Assembly: GCF_964204645.1 (NCBI RefSeq)
Contig: NC_134028.1
Coordinates: 7,812,001-7,876,000, forward strand
DNA from: Tubulanus polymorphus
Taxonomy: Eukaryota > Animalia > Nemertea
Reading direction: 5' to 3'
Length of the DNA: 64,000 nucleotides
Positions 51,912 to 64,000 of the stretch are shown piece after piece. Position numbers and translations under genes: made by a program. Numbering within the stretch: position 1 is the stretch's first letter; each line of letters starts with the position of its first letter. The notes beneath the pieces are model-generated. The model searched no databases and had not been told where the DNA came from. It was given only the letters and a program-made list of their open reading frames with translations.

Positions 51912-52550
51912 TTCTACCGCGAAAGAGACAAAGGTATCTAAAGAATGAAGGTAAAAATTGTTTTTCCAATAATTATATGAAAACAAGAGCCTATCTCCAA
52001 GGGACGTTCCACTTCGAACGCCTGGCTATTTAGCAATAATGTAAATACGTTTGTGTAGATATCAATAACTTAAAGCACGCAGAGATATTCTCGTAGCCTA
52101 CATGTCAGAGGTTTGAGATATATTTTTTTATCGATATCTTATCCTTACCTAAACGACTGTTCCGACCAGTATAACAAAATTTTTGTGTCGTGTGATTCGA
52201 AGACGACGCTACTAACAAGGGAGTTACCTCGTTACCGAAAATAGTCGCAACAGGGTTTCACCGAGTGACGAGGCATGCAACAACAACAGTACTGCGCTAC
52301 GACATATCTATAAACTCAATATTGTCTATTGTTAAATAGTATATATATGAATGTAATATCTCATGCATATAATGTGAATTGGCTACGATCGAAGCCATAT
52401 AGCGATCACTGTGAACCTCTAACTACCACTCGGGGTTTTGCGGGTCGTTACAGTTTCTGCATTTAGCCTATAAACAATAGCGTTTCATTTCGGTGAATCT
52501 AGGCACTTAATCAGCGCTACTGTTTGATTTTATTTTCTTTAGATCAACAC

Positions 52551-52611
52551 CAGGGGCCGGTTGCTCAAAGGTTGTTCAAGTCTTAAACAACCTTTGAGCA
52601 ACCGGCCCCTG
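52551..52611. mobile_element. Tiny palindromic MITE
   Basis: caggggccggttgctcaaaggttgtt-caagtctta-aacaacctttgagcaaccggcccctg, a perfect 26-bp stem. Confidence 0.8.
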
Positions 52612-54149
52612 TTGTATCGGAATTGTTTTTCGCTGAAGCAATGCTGCATCCAAGATCCGCATTTAAAAAATATAATCCCATATCATTTTTGCCAAATTAT
52701 TTTTGTTTCTCGTAGCTGTGATGGAACACGTATATTTTGAAGTTTTGCCAAGGATCAGGTAATATTTTCGCCGGTAGGCCTACTTCTGGCCTCCTACTAC
52801 CTAGAGATCGTTTCGAAATTGAAAATGAGTAGCCTACTCATCTTTAATTTAGAAACGATCTCACAGGATCACCCAAGGATGACAGGCCTGATTAAATTAT
52901 TGTTTATAATTGCTAAATTCCGGAGGTTATTGAACCACAGAGGTCGGCGACATCGATTTTTGCATTTAGCAAGAATAGAAAAAGTAACTGTTATATTTCT
53001 AATCCGTATGAATGGTAAATAATTAGATTTTGACTAATATTATTAACACGTAGTATTGCTCATTTATTTGTAAAATACAGCCTAAATGAAGCTGGCCTAA
53101 TGTGTCTATCTGACCTTAAAATCTAATCATTCGCCTCAGCTTTAGGTTTAACTTATATATAAGATAAGATGATATGTTAATTCCGAGAAAAAGTTGCCAG
53201 TATGAGACACAACCCACCTATAATCCTCCAAGTTAGTCTTACACAGAAATATTCCTATTTCGGAAGGTACACGAGATCAATCGCCATCTATCGGAAACAT
53301 TGGAGCGCAATCACACTCGGCTACCGTGTGTCAAAATGCCCTTTACACTTAGAAAATCCCGACAATTAGACATTAATTGCGCAATTATACTTGTTCAGTT
53401 ACAGATATTCATTTTCTAAGAACTTTCTTAGTCTTTAACTCATCGGGTCGCGTCCCCGGCGATGCCAAGGAAGACAACATTGATTTGGTGACCTCTGGTC
53501 ATTTCGTCACAGGCATCTTTGAAGGTTGGGATAGCTGGCGGCACTTGACTTAGGAAAAATGTAAGGGTACCCTGTCGCACCTTATTTCCTGTACTACCCT
53601 TCTGATAAGAAGATTCGCCGGTGCGTTGCACATGTCAAAACCAAAATAAAAAACTACGTGTAAAAACGGTTTTTACGTCAACCATGCACCCTCCTGGAAA
53701 AGGAATCATATTAGGCTTCACACTCATTTATTTAGATATGAAGAGTGAATTTGAATGATTTTAATCATAAGAAAATAATTAATAAAATTTCAAAAATCAA
53801 TTTAAAAACTCTAACATCTGTAGGCTATTGTTCTCGTTAAATATCTGGCGATGATCGCCACGGACCCAGGAGACCATCACGTCGCGTATGATTAATTGCG
53901 AAACGTATAACTTATTGTTTAATGACCACTTTCATTCCGTCACCTTTTCATCCTTCGATATAATTACTGATGAGCCATAAAACAGTCAATCATCCAATCA
54001 ACGCGCACTTGCCCCAGATATGATCGACATATCATTCCTCGTCCCGATTCAAATTTTCAAATTCACGCCGATTTCTCGGAAGCTTCACGAATGAACCTCT
54101 TTGCCATCTCTGAATGAAATTTAATATTTTGGCGCATAATAAGTCGTAA

Positions 54150-54725
54150 ATTCCGCCATTCACGATGGTAAAAGCGCCGTAGTAAATGATCTACATCGGC
54201 GAGCGCATGTATACACTCACCGAGGACATGCGGTAGTGAAACGGTCAGAATGAGCGGCCATTTTTCTTCTAGATTTGCGTCGTCGGAATCGTCGTTTTTT
54301 CGAGGAATTAAAATCAAATAAACACTGCCTTACCGATCTGTGATTATTAGCGTCGCTGTGACGATTATTCGCGGGATTAACCGAGGATGTAGTAAATCGA
54401 CGAATTACGACTCGACGATCGCTTTAAAACGGTAAATATTCGCATTAATAATCGTGTCATCTTGAAGAAAATTGCCAATTTTTGAATTTTCGACGCGATT
54501 TATAAAGAGAATATACTCCTCGAATACTAATCGCACCGGCAAAAAACCTATCTCGATCGATAGAAGAGATCCGGTATATGCTTATTTTTAGAAATTCGTC
54601 GATTTAGCGCGCTTATACGAGCAGAAAATTAAATTTTTATCGGCACTGTCTGAGAACTAGTCTAAGCGCCATTTTGTTGTGTTGTACTCTACTGTATGTA
54701 TTTGAATAGTTCGTCGCCATTTTCC
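54150..54725 (+). promoter_or_regulatory. CpG-rich probable KAT6 promoter / 5' non-coding exon with YY1-like motifs
   Basis: GCCATT(TT) motifs at ~54153, ~54256, ~54667 and ~54715, with elevated CpG. Possible donor at ~54432 (acg|gtaaat). Acceptor ttcag at ~56136 before ATG 56278. Confidence 0.4.
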
Positions 54726-55302
54726 GTTCGTTGAATTCATTCTCTAAGCTGATTCACTCTGGAGGACGGACATGCCGACTCATTCATTGCTTTGTAAGCT
54801 TAGAACCGTGTCCTCCCTGAAGTATCGATGAATTGCATTTCGTCAGCGATTCGGTTTCCTCCAAAAACAATGACTTCAAAATGTAAACAAATCCGGTTTT
54901 CGGACTCTTGACTGTACAATTTCAACCCTTCCCAAACATCTCTGACCATTGTCATCCCTTGGAATGAATTTATAAATTCATCTTAGATTTTGCCCATTTT
55001 TCCAGCATCACAACAATGGCTTTGAAAATGTTTTAGGCCTAATCTAATATAGCCCTCGTCCTGTAGTAGGCTATGTCTGTCAGTTATGGTTGACCTAACA
55101 TTTTGATACAACCGTCTTATTCCGTAGGTGACATGGTTTTGGTTCTCACAATATTCATATTAGTGCTGTGAATAAATGATTACTCACTTACAAAGTGATT
55201 GGCTATTTTTGAGTTATTTAGATTCAACTTCTGGATTTGACCGATGGCCAACGCTAACTAGGCGCCCTGTCAATCTGCAATAACTCAATAGGCCTCGTCC
55301 CC

Positions 55303-55804
55303 CTAATGTCTATTTCAACCTGACTTGAGAGCATTCCGGTTGGCCTAGCTCGCTAATTTTTGGTAGTACATACCTGATAAAGGTCTTAATAGGACCAGAA
55401 AGGACAGGCAGTCGACCTAAATCATCATTTTTTAATCCATTTGAAAGTGTATTGAAGGATATCCAAAAAGTCTTCACTGAAAGGGGTAAAATGAAGAGAA
55501 GCGACTCCATGATTTGAAAGTTTAACAATATGTTTCCATCCCTACATACCAAACTTCAGTTGGTCGGCATGGAGACATATTGTTAAACTTTCAAATCATG
55601 GAGTCTCTTTTCTCTCAGGAACCCCTCTCAATGCAGATTTTTTGGATATCCTTCAATACAGTTTAAAGTGGATTAAAAAATGATAATTAGGTCAGCTGCC
55701 AATGCATTCTGTTTCCAATAAGACTTCTATCAGGTATGTACTTCCAAAACTGACTGAGCTAGGCCACCAGGAATGCTCTCAAGTCAGGTTGAAATAGACA
55801 TTAG
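55303..55804. repeat. ~500-bp foldback (about 245-bp inverted arms, short loop)
   Basis: ctaatgtctatttcaacctgacttgagagcattcc... pairs with ...ggaatgctctcaagtcaggttgaaatagacattag. The inner gactccatgatttgaaagtttaacaatatgt pairs with acatattgttaaactttcaaatcatggagtc. Confidence 0.9.
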
Positions 55805-56277
55805 TAAGTGGTAGAAATTTTGGAAGATCTCTTTTGGAGGATCACTCATTAAACGCAATTTCATTATGTTAGGCTAGAACTTGGACGTAATTTAGTTTAA
55901 CTATGTCTGATAAACTAGGTCTAGCTAGGTTTTTCACATAGAATTTCATTGAAAAATGATTGTCTCAGTATAAGGATAGCCTTTGCATGGTTAAAGTTGG
56001 TTCATATCCAATAAAGCCCAAATTTTTATATAGCAGAACTGGCTCGGAGTAGGGATAATGAACATGTTCTGAGTTTTTACTGATGTGCGTATCGATATGA
56101 TATTTAATCACCGATGTATTTCTGTTTTTTCTTCAGATTCAATCGACAAACTTTCATTGAGTGGCCCGAGTGAACCTGTTGACGGAGGATTATTTCAATA
56201 TGTACTATGTGAATATCGTCGCGCAGCGATGTCGTTCTTAAAGCGGAAAATGTTGCCGACGTAATAACGACAAAACA

Positions 56278-59200
56278 ATGGTTAAAGAAGTCGCCAATCC
56301 GACGGATACCCTCGCCGATCCGACGTGCGCGAAATGGCTGCTCGACGCCATACGTAAGATCAAAAGTCAAAAGCAACGACCGGACATCGAGCGCATATCA
56401 AATGCCGTGCGGCATTTTCACAAAGTAAGTCGCGTCGTCATCGAAGAGCAGTTGGAATTGGCCGTCAAGGATGGCTCGATTTTGAAAACGTACAATAAAG
56501 GACTGTGCTCGTACAAGGACCCGGCGAGCGTCGCGCACGGGCAATCACGTACGCTGCACGTGAACGCGCGCTCCGACCTGACGAAGGTGATCGCGCGTTG
56601 CATACGCGAACTCGGCGAGATCGGCGGCTCGTCGCTGCGCAGTGTCGAGAAGTACGTGCACACGTTGTTCAACGTCGAGTTGAGCAACGGCGTCGATCTC
56701 GCGCGGCAGCTGCACCTGTCGGCGAAGCGCGGCGTCAACAAGGGCAAACTGGCGAAGGACGGACGATTGTTCAAGGTCGTCGACGGCGACTCCGACTCGA
56801 CGGGCAGCAGCACGAGCAGCTCGAGTTTACACCCGAATTCGATCGACGAGGATTTCGTCTACGATCAGGCGGCGAACGGTAATAAAAAGGTACGATCTTG
56901 ACCGCGGGTTAATTCTACTTGATTTCACTTTTAGATTTCGATCAGATTTTGAATACATTGGAGCTTTGTTAGTTTTTCCTCGACTTTGGACGTGGATGGT
57001 TCCAATGTGAAGCCTAGATTTCATATCAAAAGAAAGCCTTCCTATAGCCAAAGACCGAAAAGTCAGGCATATAAGCCTAGGATGCGCATAGCTTTTTGTA
57101 TCAAGTGTGTTATTTATTTATGTTTGCACCGTGTAACTATGGCCTATTCATAGTTAATATGTATTGGCTTCTATGGTGTTCACATTATTTTGCATCAGGG
57201 AATTTTTGATGGACATTAGTCGGATGATATTCTATTGTGTGATAATAATTTGTTGTGTTTGGTTGTACATCCTTCCTGGTTTCACATGCTCCAAATGTAA
57301 AATGCATTTGCAATGAACTGGGCCCGGTTCCATACTTCTTCAGTTGACTATCATCCTGGCTGAAACTGCGATGCTGTTCGCTTGCGGGGTTTTCTTTTCT
57401 CGACAATTTCTGTGAAATATGAATTATACTACCCGAGATGAAACAAAAATGGATTATTTCTAGTAACTGAGTCATTGCTAAGTCTGTCACGACTGTTTAT
57501 ACCTGCGTACAGAATTTGTACGACTTTTTAAAATGTCAATTGCGGTGTCATCTTTGTGAGTCAACATTTCATCAATTTTGTTGCTTTTAACTCGACATCT
57601 GATATATGCTACATAATCTGACGTCATCGACTCGTGGCTTGACTCTGAATAATACCAAGATAGTCGATGCTTCATACATTTGAATTTGATATTTGAAACT
57701 CGAGAGCATTTATTTTCATATATGGCTATAACACCATATTGGGTTATCGGTCTCGTTCAATGTCAGCGTGATATTTCGTTACGGTTAATCTTTTTCTTAG
57801 AAAATGGCTACAGTTGTTTTAAAATGGCATATGAGATGATTAAGGGCGTTACTTGTAAATTCACCTTTACTTCATTATGCTTTCAGCGGGCGCCACCTAT
57901 ACCGATTTGTAGTTTCTGTTTGGGTACGGCTGAGAAAAATCGAGATCACGTCAAAGAGGAACTGATTTCTTGTGCTGACTGTGGAAACAGTGGTAAGTCT
58001 GTGCTACCATTATTTCAACAAACTAAAACGATTACCGAGTTCTACTAAAACACATCCAAAGGGAGGGTGCAGGGGGTGCGCACCTCCCTAGAAATGTCAA
58101 GTTGCTCTGAAATTTCATGGGAAAAAATATTAAACTGTTACCTAAAAAAAGGTTAAATTCATAAGCTTGGCCTGTGTATTTCCAAAATGTTTTCCGATGA
58201 GCTTTCTTTCAGGGCGCCCTTCGAATATATGCCCTATTTTGGGGGTGCACCCCTCCCTGAAAATCACACCCTAGATCTGCACCTGTTTTTAAGATCCCAT
58301 ATTCGTGGTACTAAGTTACAACCACTGGACCCATAGCTGTTAGCTATCATTTTTCCCGAGGCCAAAGAAGAACCGTTGACCGTTGTCAGATTGTGTGGGT
58401 AAAAAACCTTGTCCTTTACTCGGATCGAAAGATTTTCCAAGATGATTTCTCTTAAAATCGCTGTTGAAAATTTTTATTAATTGTAAATCACGTTATTTTC
58501 AGGTCATCCGTCGTGCCTGAAATTCTCGAAGGATCTGACGGTGAAAGTGAAAACGTTGCGATGGCAGTGCATAGAATGTAAAACGTGTTCGTTTTGCGGC
58601 GTATCCGGTCAGGAGGTATGTTCTCCTGTAAGTAATTCTACTCTATCTCGATGCATGTGATCGTATCATAATTTATTGATTTATTCGTTAATAAGATCTT
58701 CGTTTGATACGTAGATGTGTCGCTAGATTCTCTTTGTAAAAACCTCAAATTCAGTGAATATAGAAGCTGGTTACACGATCTTTTTCATCTAATCCGTTAG
58801 ACCTCGGGAATTCTGTTACATCGAAGGAATTAGGTATCATGGGGGTTGTTGTGTTACTAAATTACAGCCAAAACATTTCTGAGCAAGTCTGAAAAATGAT
58901 AGGCTGTTTGTGTCGTTGGCTACCTCGGTGTAGACCTTTACAAAACTTAAAATTAATCTCTGGTGATATATTCGTGTTGGTTGTGGAACCTTATCAATTT
59001 CAGACCTCATTTCTCGATCAAAATTATCTATGGTGTCACCCACTCTCCCGCTAAACTGCTTGTGTTATCAAAATAGAGTTCATTTTCAGTAAACTTTCAG
59101 CTAGATTTAGAGCCACCCACATTGGAATTTAGGCAAATCATGTCTCTAGATAAACTGATTTATCTTTAGGATTCTTGGATAGTTCATTTTTAAGGCCTAT

Positions 59201-62200
59201 TCCTCTTAGAATTTCAGAAATTATCGATAGATTTTAATCTGAATCTGAGAAGAAATCGGATATCGTTGAATGCACATAATTGCGAACCTGGTGGATCCGT
59301 GATTGTCACTGCTGAACTTAAAGCCCTTAATATTTGAAAGTCAGTTAATCTTAGTTGCTTTATTGCACATGTAGCTGGGTCCTGTACTACTTAATATGGC
59401 AGGGTCTTCAGTGGAGAATGAAAATTAACTAGAGTTTAAGTTCTGTATGTAGCTAGGTTATATGTTCTGTGTTGTATTTTTTCTACATGTCAATTGAAAT
59501 TGAACTGTGAGTAAATAAATAGTTAAGTAAGTTTCCAATCAAAACTATTCTAATGTAACCAAGTAGAAAACCGAGTAGATCTATATTTAGCGGGGCTGCA
59601 TCAAGATAAATGGATTCATGAGCTGATAGATGCAAGTCAGTTGAATGATTGAAAATGAACTAAAATTTTCTAGTCGTCGTGCCATCTGCAGTTCCCTGGT
59701 TTAAGTCCATCTTAGATTTGCAGTTCTATGTGTATCTTTATATCATTGAGTTTTTGGTAGAATATTTTGTTTCTCTAAGTCTATCTAAGTAGATCTATAT
59801 CAAGCGGGGTTGTTCTAAGTTCTGTTTCTTTGTTCGATATTTTTCCAGGATAACATGTTGTTCTGTGATTCGTGCGATCGTGGTTTTCACATGGAGTGCA
59901 ATGATCCGCCGCTGTCCCGGCCGCCCGAGGGAACGTGGATCTGTAATATCTGTGATCCGAAAGTGTCGGCGAAACGTCGTCAAATCCACGTCGAAACGCT
60001 GCGCGCGAAACGTAAAATACGCAACAACGGTGGCAAAAACATACCCGAAAAGTAAGTCTCCGGGGTCTTCATTACATTACGGCGGAAGGAAATACATTTT
60101 AGAATACTCGGCGTCTCATGTAGAAAAATCTCCTGTGTTAACTCAAAAATTGAGTACCTACATTAGGCCTACTATAAAACCAGATAATCTCCTCGGGGAA
60201 ACAATTGAATACATTTTGCTGGAAAAATAAGTTTCTACCATTTCTTCTAATATCCCCCATAAAATCATTTAGGGCTTCCATAAAGGTAGTTTATACTGCA
60301 ATAAGTGCTCCTTCAATTTGTCGGATTCAAATCTTTTTTTAAGTAAGATGTTAGAATTCTATTACTATAGAATTTTGTGAGTAATGGTAGTAAGAAATTG
60401 GCCTGGCCAAGTGGACTAGAGCTCTATTGGTCTATGCCTTATGTGTACCAGACCTGGGGTTGATCCCCTATGATGTACTTAATTAGCCTAAATGTCACAC
60501 TTCTTAATCAGTAAATAGACCACTGGATCGTGCTTGTCGGCAGTAACTTACAGTAATAATGCACCGGGTGTATTTGTGTTTATCTAGGTGTCCAACACCA
60601 GGCTGTGATGGTAGTGGTAATGTCGATGGTAAATCATCACGACATAGAAAGTATGTAATGAATTTGCTATTCATTTCTACAGCTTTTAAGTTTAATCATA
60701 GATTTGAATTGTAGCCCGTTTGGAAATACTCAGACTGTCTGAGACATATGAAACTGGTTCCGGATCATGAATCTTAATTAAATTGGCACAACCTTGAATA
60801 GATTTTACGTAGGTGCATGGGTGAAAAAATGAATGAGGGTGAAATTTCTATTTGACTTGAAATTTCTCTCCTCTTACGAATTACAATACCCATGGAATAA
60901 TACTAGGTGATTGCGGGCACTACGGAAAATTCTGAATACGTAAATACATGTATTTTCAGGCCTTGGGCGTGTCCGATGGTTCCGCAAAACAGACGTATGC
61001 CGAAGCCTCAACGTCGAAAATCTCGAGTGCATACGAGCGACTCAAGCGAACATGGTAATAGAACTAATTCTTCTAATAGTGACGTGCAACCAGGTCAATC
61101 GACCGATACCTGCGATTCTGTAGTTCATACGTTAGCCAACAAACCGAAAGGTTTAATTGACGGTTTATCACGTTTCTTTACTCCATCTAACACTCGCAAA
61201 TCAAGGGTGTCCCTAAGCTCTTTCTCTATGATGCGACAGCAGGTTAAAGCCAAGCCGTCGTCGAAGTCTAGCAAATTGCAACGAGCCGCGAGTAAGATCA
61301 TTAAAAAGTCGCGCAAACTCCATGCGAATATCAAAGGTCGCAAAAAGGTGTTGGGCCCGCCCGGCAGCGGACAGTTGAAGGGATTGTTCGACGGATTGTC
61401 GCATTTGTTCACGGCGCAAGGAGATTCGCGTAAACGCAGTACGTACGCCGTGTATAGTTCTCCCAAACGGACCGGTGATCTAAAAACGGACGCCGCCGCT
61501 GCTGCCGCCGCGACTACGAGTTGTCCGGCGAGTCCCGTGTCGGGCGCGATCGTCGACATGATGAAACAAGGCATCCCCGCTTCCCCGCCTCTATCTCCCG
61601 GTACGCCGATGGCGCGCGGGCGCAGCAAGGACAAAAAATTACCCGGCGCCACATCTCAAAAAGCCCGAGTCGGACGAGGAATCGTGACTGGTCATGGCCA
61701 GGGTCGGGGACCAAGTGCTGGTAAGACTTTGTTTCATGCACCTTACTTAGCTTCCAACCATAATTTTTTTTTTCTAAATTTTAGTTGCCTATCTCTATAA
61801 TCTTCATTACTTCTGTCCCTGTAGTAGTGTGTGTGTTTCTGTTCATAATCCTATTATCATCACTTGGAACCCGCCCTCATCCAGCTTGCGATCAAGGCCT
61901 GTTTCTTGGGAGGTCGTTACTCGCGGCAATCAAATCGACTACGTTCGCGCAGCCAGTTTACTGATTTTTGGAGACTATAAACGCAGCCCCAGGATACAGG
62001 CTTTACGAGTAGTTCGCTGCTAACTCTTATCGACCCTTGCATGATTAACTCACGTGATTCATATATATATTCAATAATCGTTGATGTTGTTATGATAATG
62101 TATCTCTTTGTGTTGTTGATTTTTATTTCGCGGCTTGCTTCGTCGTAATAAATGCCACTGACTCTTACTATCGTGAGTGATTGCACGTACTACACGCCTA

Positions 62201-63380
62201 TTTGTCTCGATTTGAAATACCCTCTTATAATGGAATGCCACTGAATTCAAAATTTTCGATGCAATTGATAATAAGATTTGGGCATCAGTTTTCGGAATTC
62301 GTTTTCGATTTCAGTAACGGTTTCAATGTTGTACGAATCAAAAGTTTGAAAGAGTTTGTTGTTGCGCTCGACGAAAGCGTTTGAGTAATTTTTAAAGAGA
62401 GAGAGAGAGTTTTAGGATATCCTTGTATTGTATTTCTAGATTTCTAGTAACTGAATTGACTGGTGGTGGTGGTGTCTTAACTGTCTTTTCACTAATTGGT
62501 GAATACTTCTCCTTAATAGTTTAACTTACAAGTTAACTGATCTGTTTGAGTTAAATTGATTCTGCTGCTCCATTGCAATCAAGGCTTGACCAGTAGCTTA
62601 TGTAACTAAACACGTTCTCTGCCGGCTTGATAATATGGTGCCGCTACCAAAAATTTTCATAAGTTGGCACTGGAGCTGTTACATAGGCAGACTTTGTTCA
62701 AAATTGACCGATAAGCATTGAGAATGATGCTGTGTCAGTCCCGCGTGCCAGTGCAAAAATCTTAACTAAGTATAGGAACAAAAATACATAAAAAGGATTA
62801 TCTTTATGTATTTTTGATGGGAAGAATCAGCTGTGAATATATTCGTAGTGGTGTTGGTGACAGAACCGTAATTACGAGTATAGGCCTATTTGTAGTCGGC
62901 AGTGAATGTGTTGAGTGATGTGACTTATTATGAGACCAGTCTTAAAGAACATTTTAGTTTTACGTCACAAATGCAATGAGGCATGCTGAAATCTTGAATC
63001 AGTTTTTCATACTGTTGAAATTAGTTCCATTTTGCTAGTTCAGCTTTTAGAATGATCGACTTTCTCAAATCACTTAAATGTCTATTGTCATTATTTTTGA
63101 CACGATCCGTTTTGTTTTTATAATGTAATGAAATGAATAGAAATGATAAGAATTCAAATTTGATGTTTTATGATCTAGTACATACTTGAATGTGGTTTAT
63201 GAAATTTCATGTAGGGCTTTGATTAATTTCTCACGTGCGTTTAAAAATCTTGATTTTTTTTCCCTTACAGAAAGCGAAATCAATGGAAACGGAGGGGTAT
63301 TTGCGATGCCCGAGCTACCACCCGGTGTTTCAGACAAAGACGTTGATCTGTTCAATCAAGCTCGCAAAAAAGCTATGCAG
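56278..63380 (+). CDS. KAT6: Histone acetyltransferase KAT6A/B (MOZ/MORF/enok), 5' portion; continues beyond the window
   Basis: [38 protein letters not shown] (WH1), H15-like [10 protein letters not shown] (WH2), and double PHD ([61 protein letters not shown]). Also [26 protein letters not shown] and VSDKDVDLF. Exons 56278-56889, 57887-57992, 58503-58615, 59849-60051, 60588-60650, 60960-61720, 63271-63380. Confidence 0.95.
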
Positions 63381-64000
63381 GTTTGTGTTATAAACTATAT
63401 CGCTGTGTTTATCGTACGGTTTCAGTGAAAAGATGGCACATTTGAACCTGAAAGTGAAACCTGATAACGTTAATTTTCAATTATTCAACTGCAAAAAATA
63501 TTTAGTTTTCCTAGAAAATGTTGTCGAACTTCTAGGGCTCTTAATATATCGGAAATTAGTTCAAATTTGCCACCTTACGTAGAGCAAGTATACCTCAAGT
63601 ATATAGATTGAATTACACCATTCTACCATTGTGGGCTGAGATTGGAAAGAACTTAACATTTGATGCATAGTTTAGGTTACGATTTGCCCGTAGTGGTTTA
63701 GATTTCACCCGCAATTATGGACCTGGTTCCTGAATGATGCAAATGCAATGCAGATGTGTAGAATAGACTTTTTGGACTATGTATAGCACAAATATTTCGA
63801 AACATGTCAAAGTTTGGTTGGATCATGGACTCTTTAAGTCCATGGTTGGATCCGACAATAGCAAAGTCTACTGTAAGGGATATTCAGTGGTGACTCTCAA
63901 ATACTTGTGGCATGCGTTGCTTATTGGTGAAGTTGATTGAAGTCGTCGAATGAAATGCTATTATTCGGTTATTACGCCTTGTTTATGCGTCGATGCTTTT

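Noticed and set aside
58055-58285. GC-rich gggggtgca/ctagatctgcacctg segments (similar ones near 35580-35790, 40005-40255, 44770-45040)
   Set aside because: Probably old MITE relics, but the ends and TSDs are too degraded to delimit.

Overview
AT-rich, intron-containing animal genomic DNA, probably a non-insect invertebrate such as a lophotrochozoan (taxon is inference only). Seven spliced protein-coding genes are supported: an RNF216-like RBR E3 ligase (+), ALG1 (-), an Ebony-like single-module NRPS (+), NTAN1 (+), a low-complexity protein ending in an intronless pseudokinase domain (+), a delta/epsilon-like GST (-), and the 5' part of KAT6 (MOZ/MORF/enok) (+). The window is rich in non-autonomous DNA transposons. 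The most notable structures are: (i) a 5.6-kb TIR element about 105 bp upstream of the ALG1 start codon, carrying a 190-191-bp satellite with a 5-mer higher-order repeat; (ii) triply self-nested palindromic elements with TACGG..CCGTA ends and exact 6-bp TSDs (IS3EU-like); (iii) an Ebony-like NRPS with an apparently altered substrate pocket, next to an amidohydrolase; and (iv) a KAT6 with an extra MYT1/KAT7-type CCHHC-like zinc finger. Exon boundaries were read by eye, and no database search was possible.
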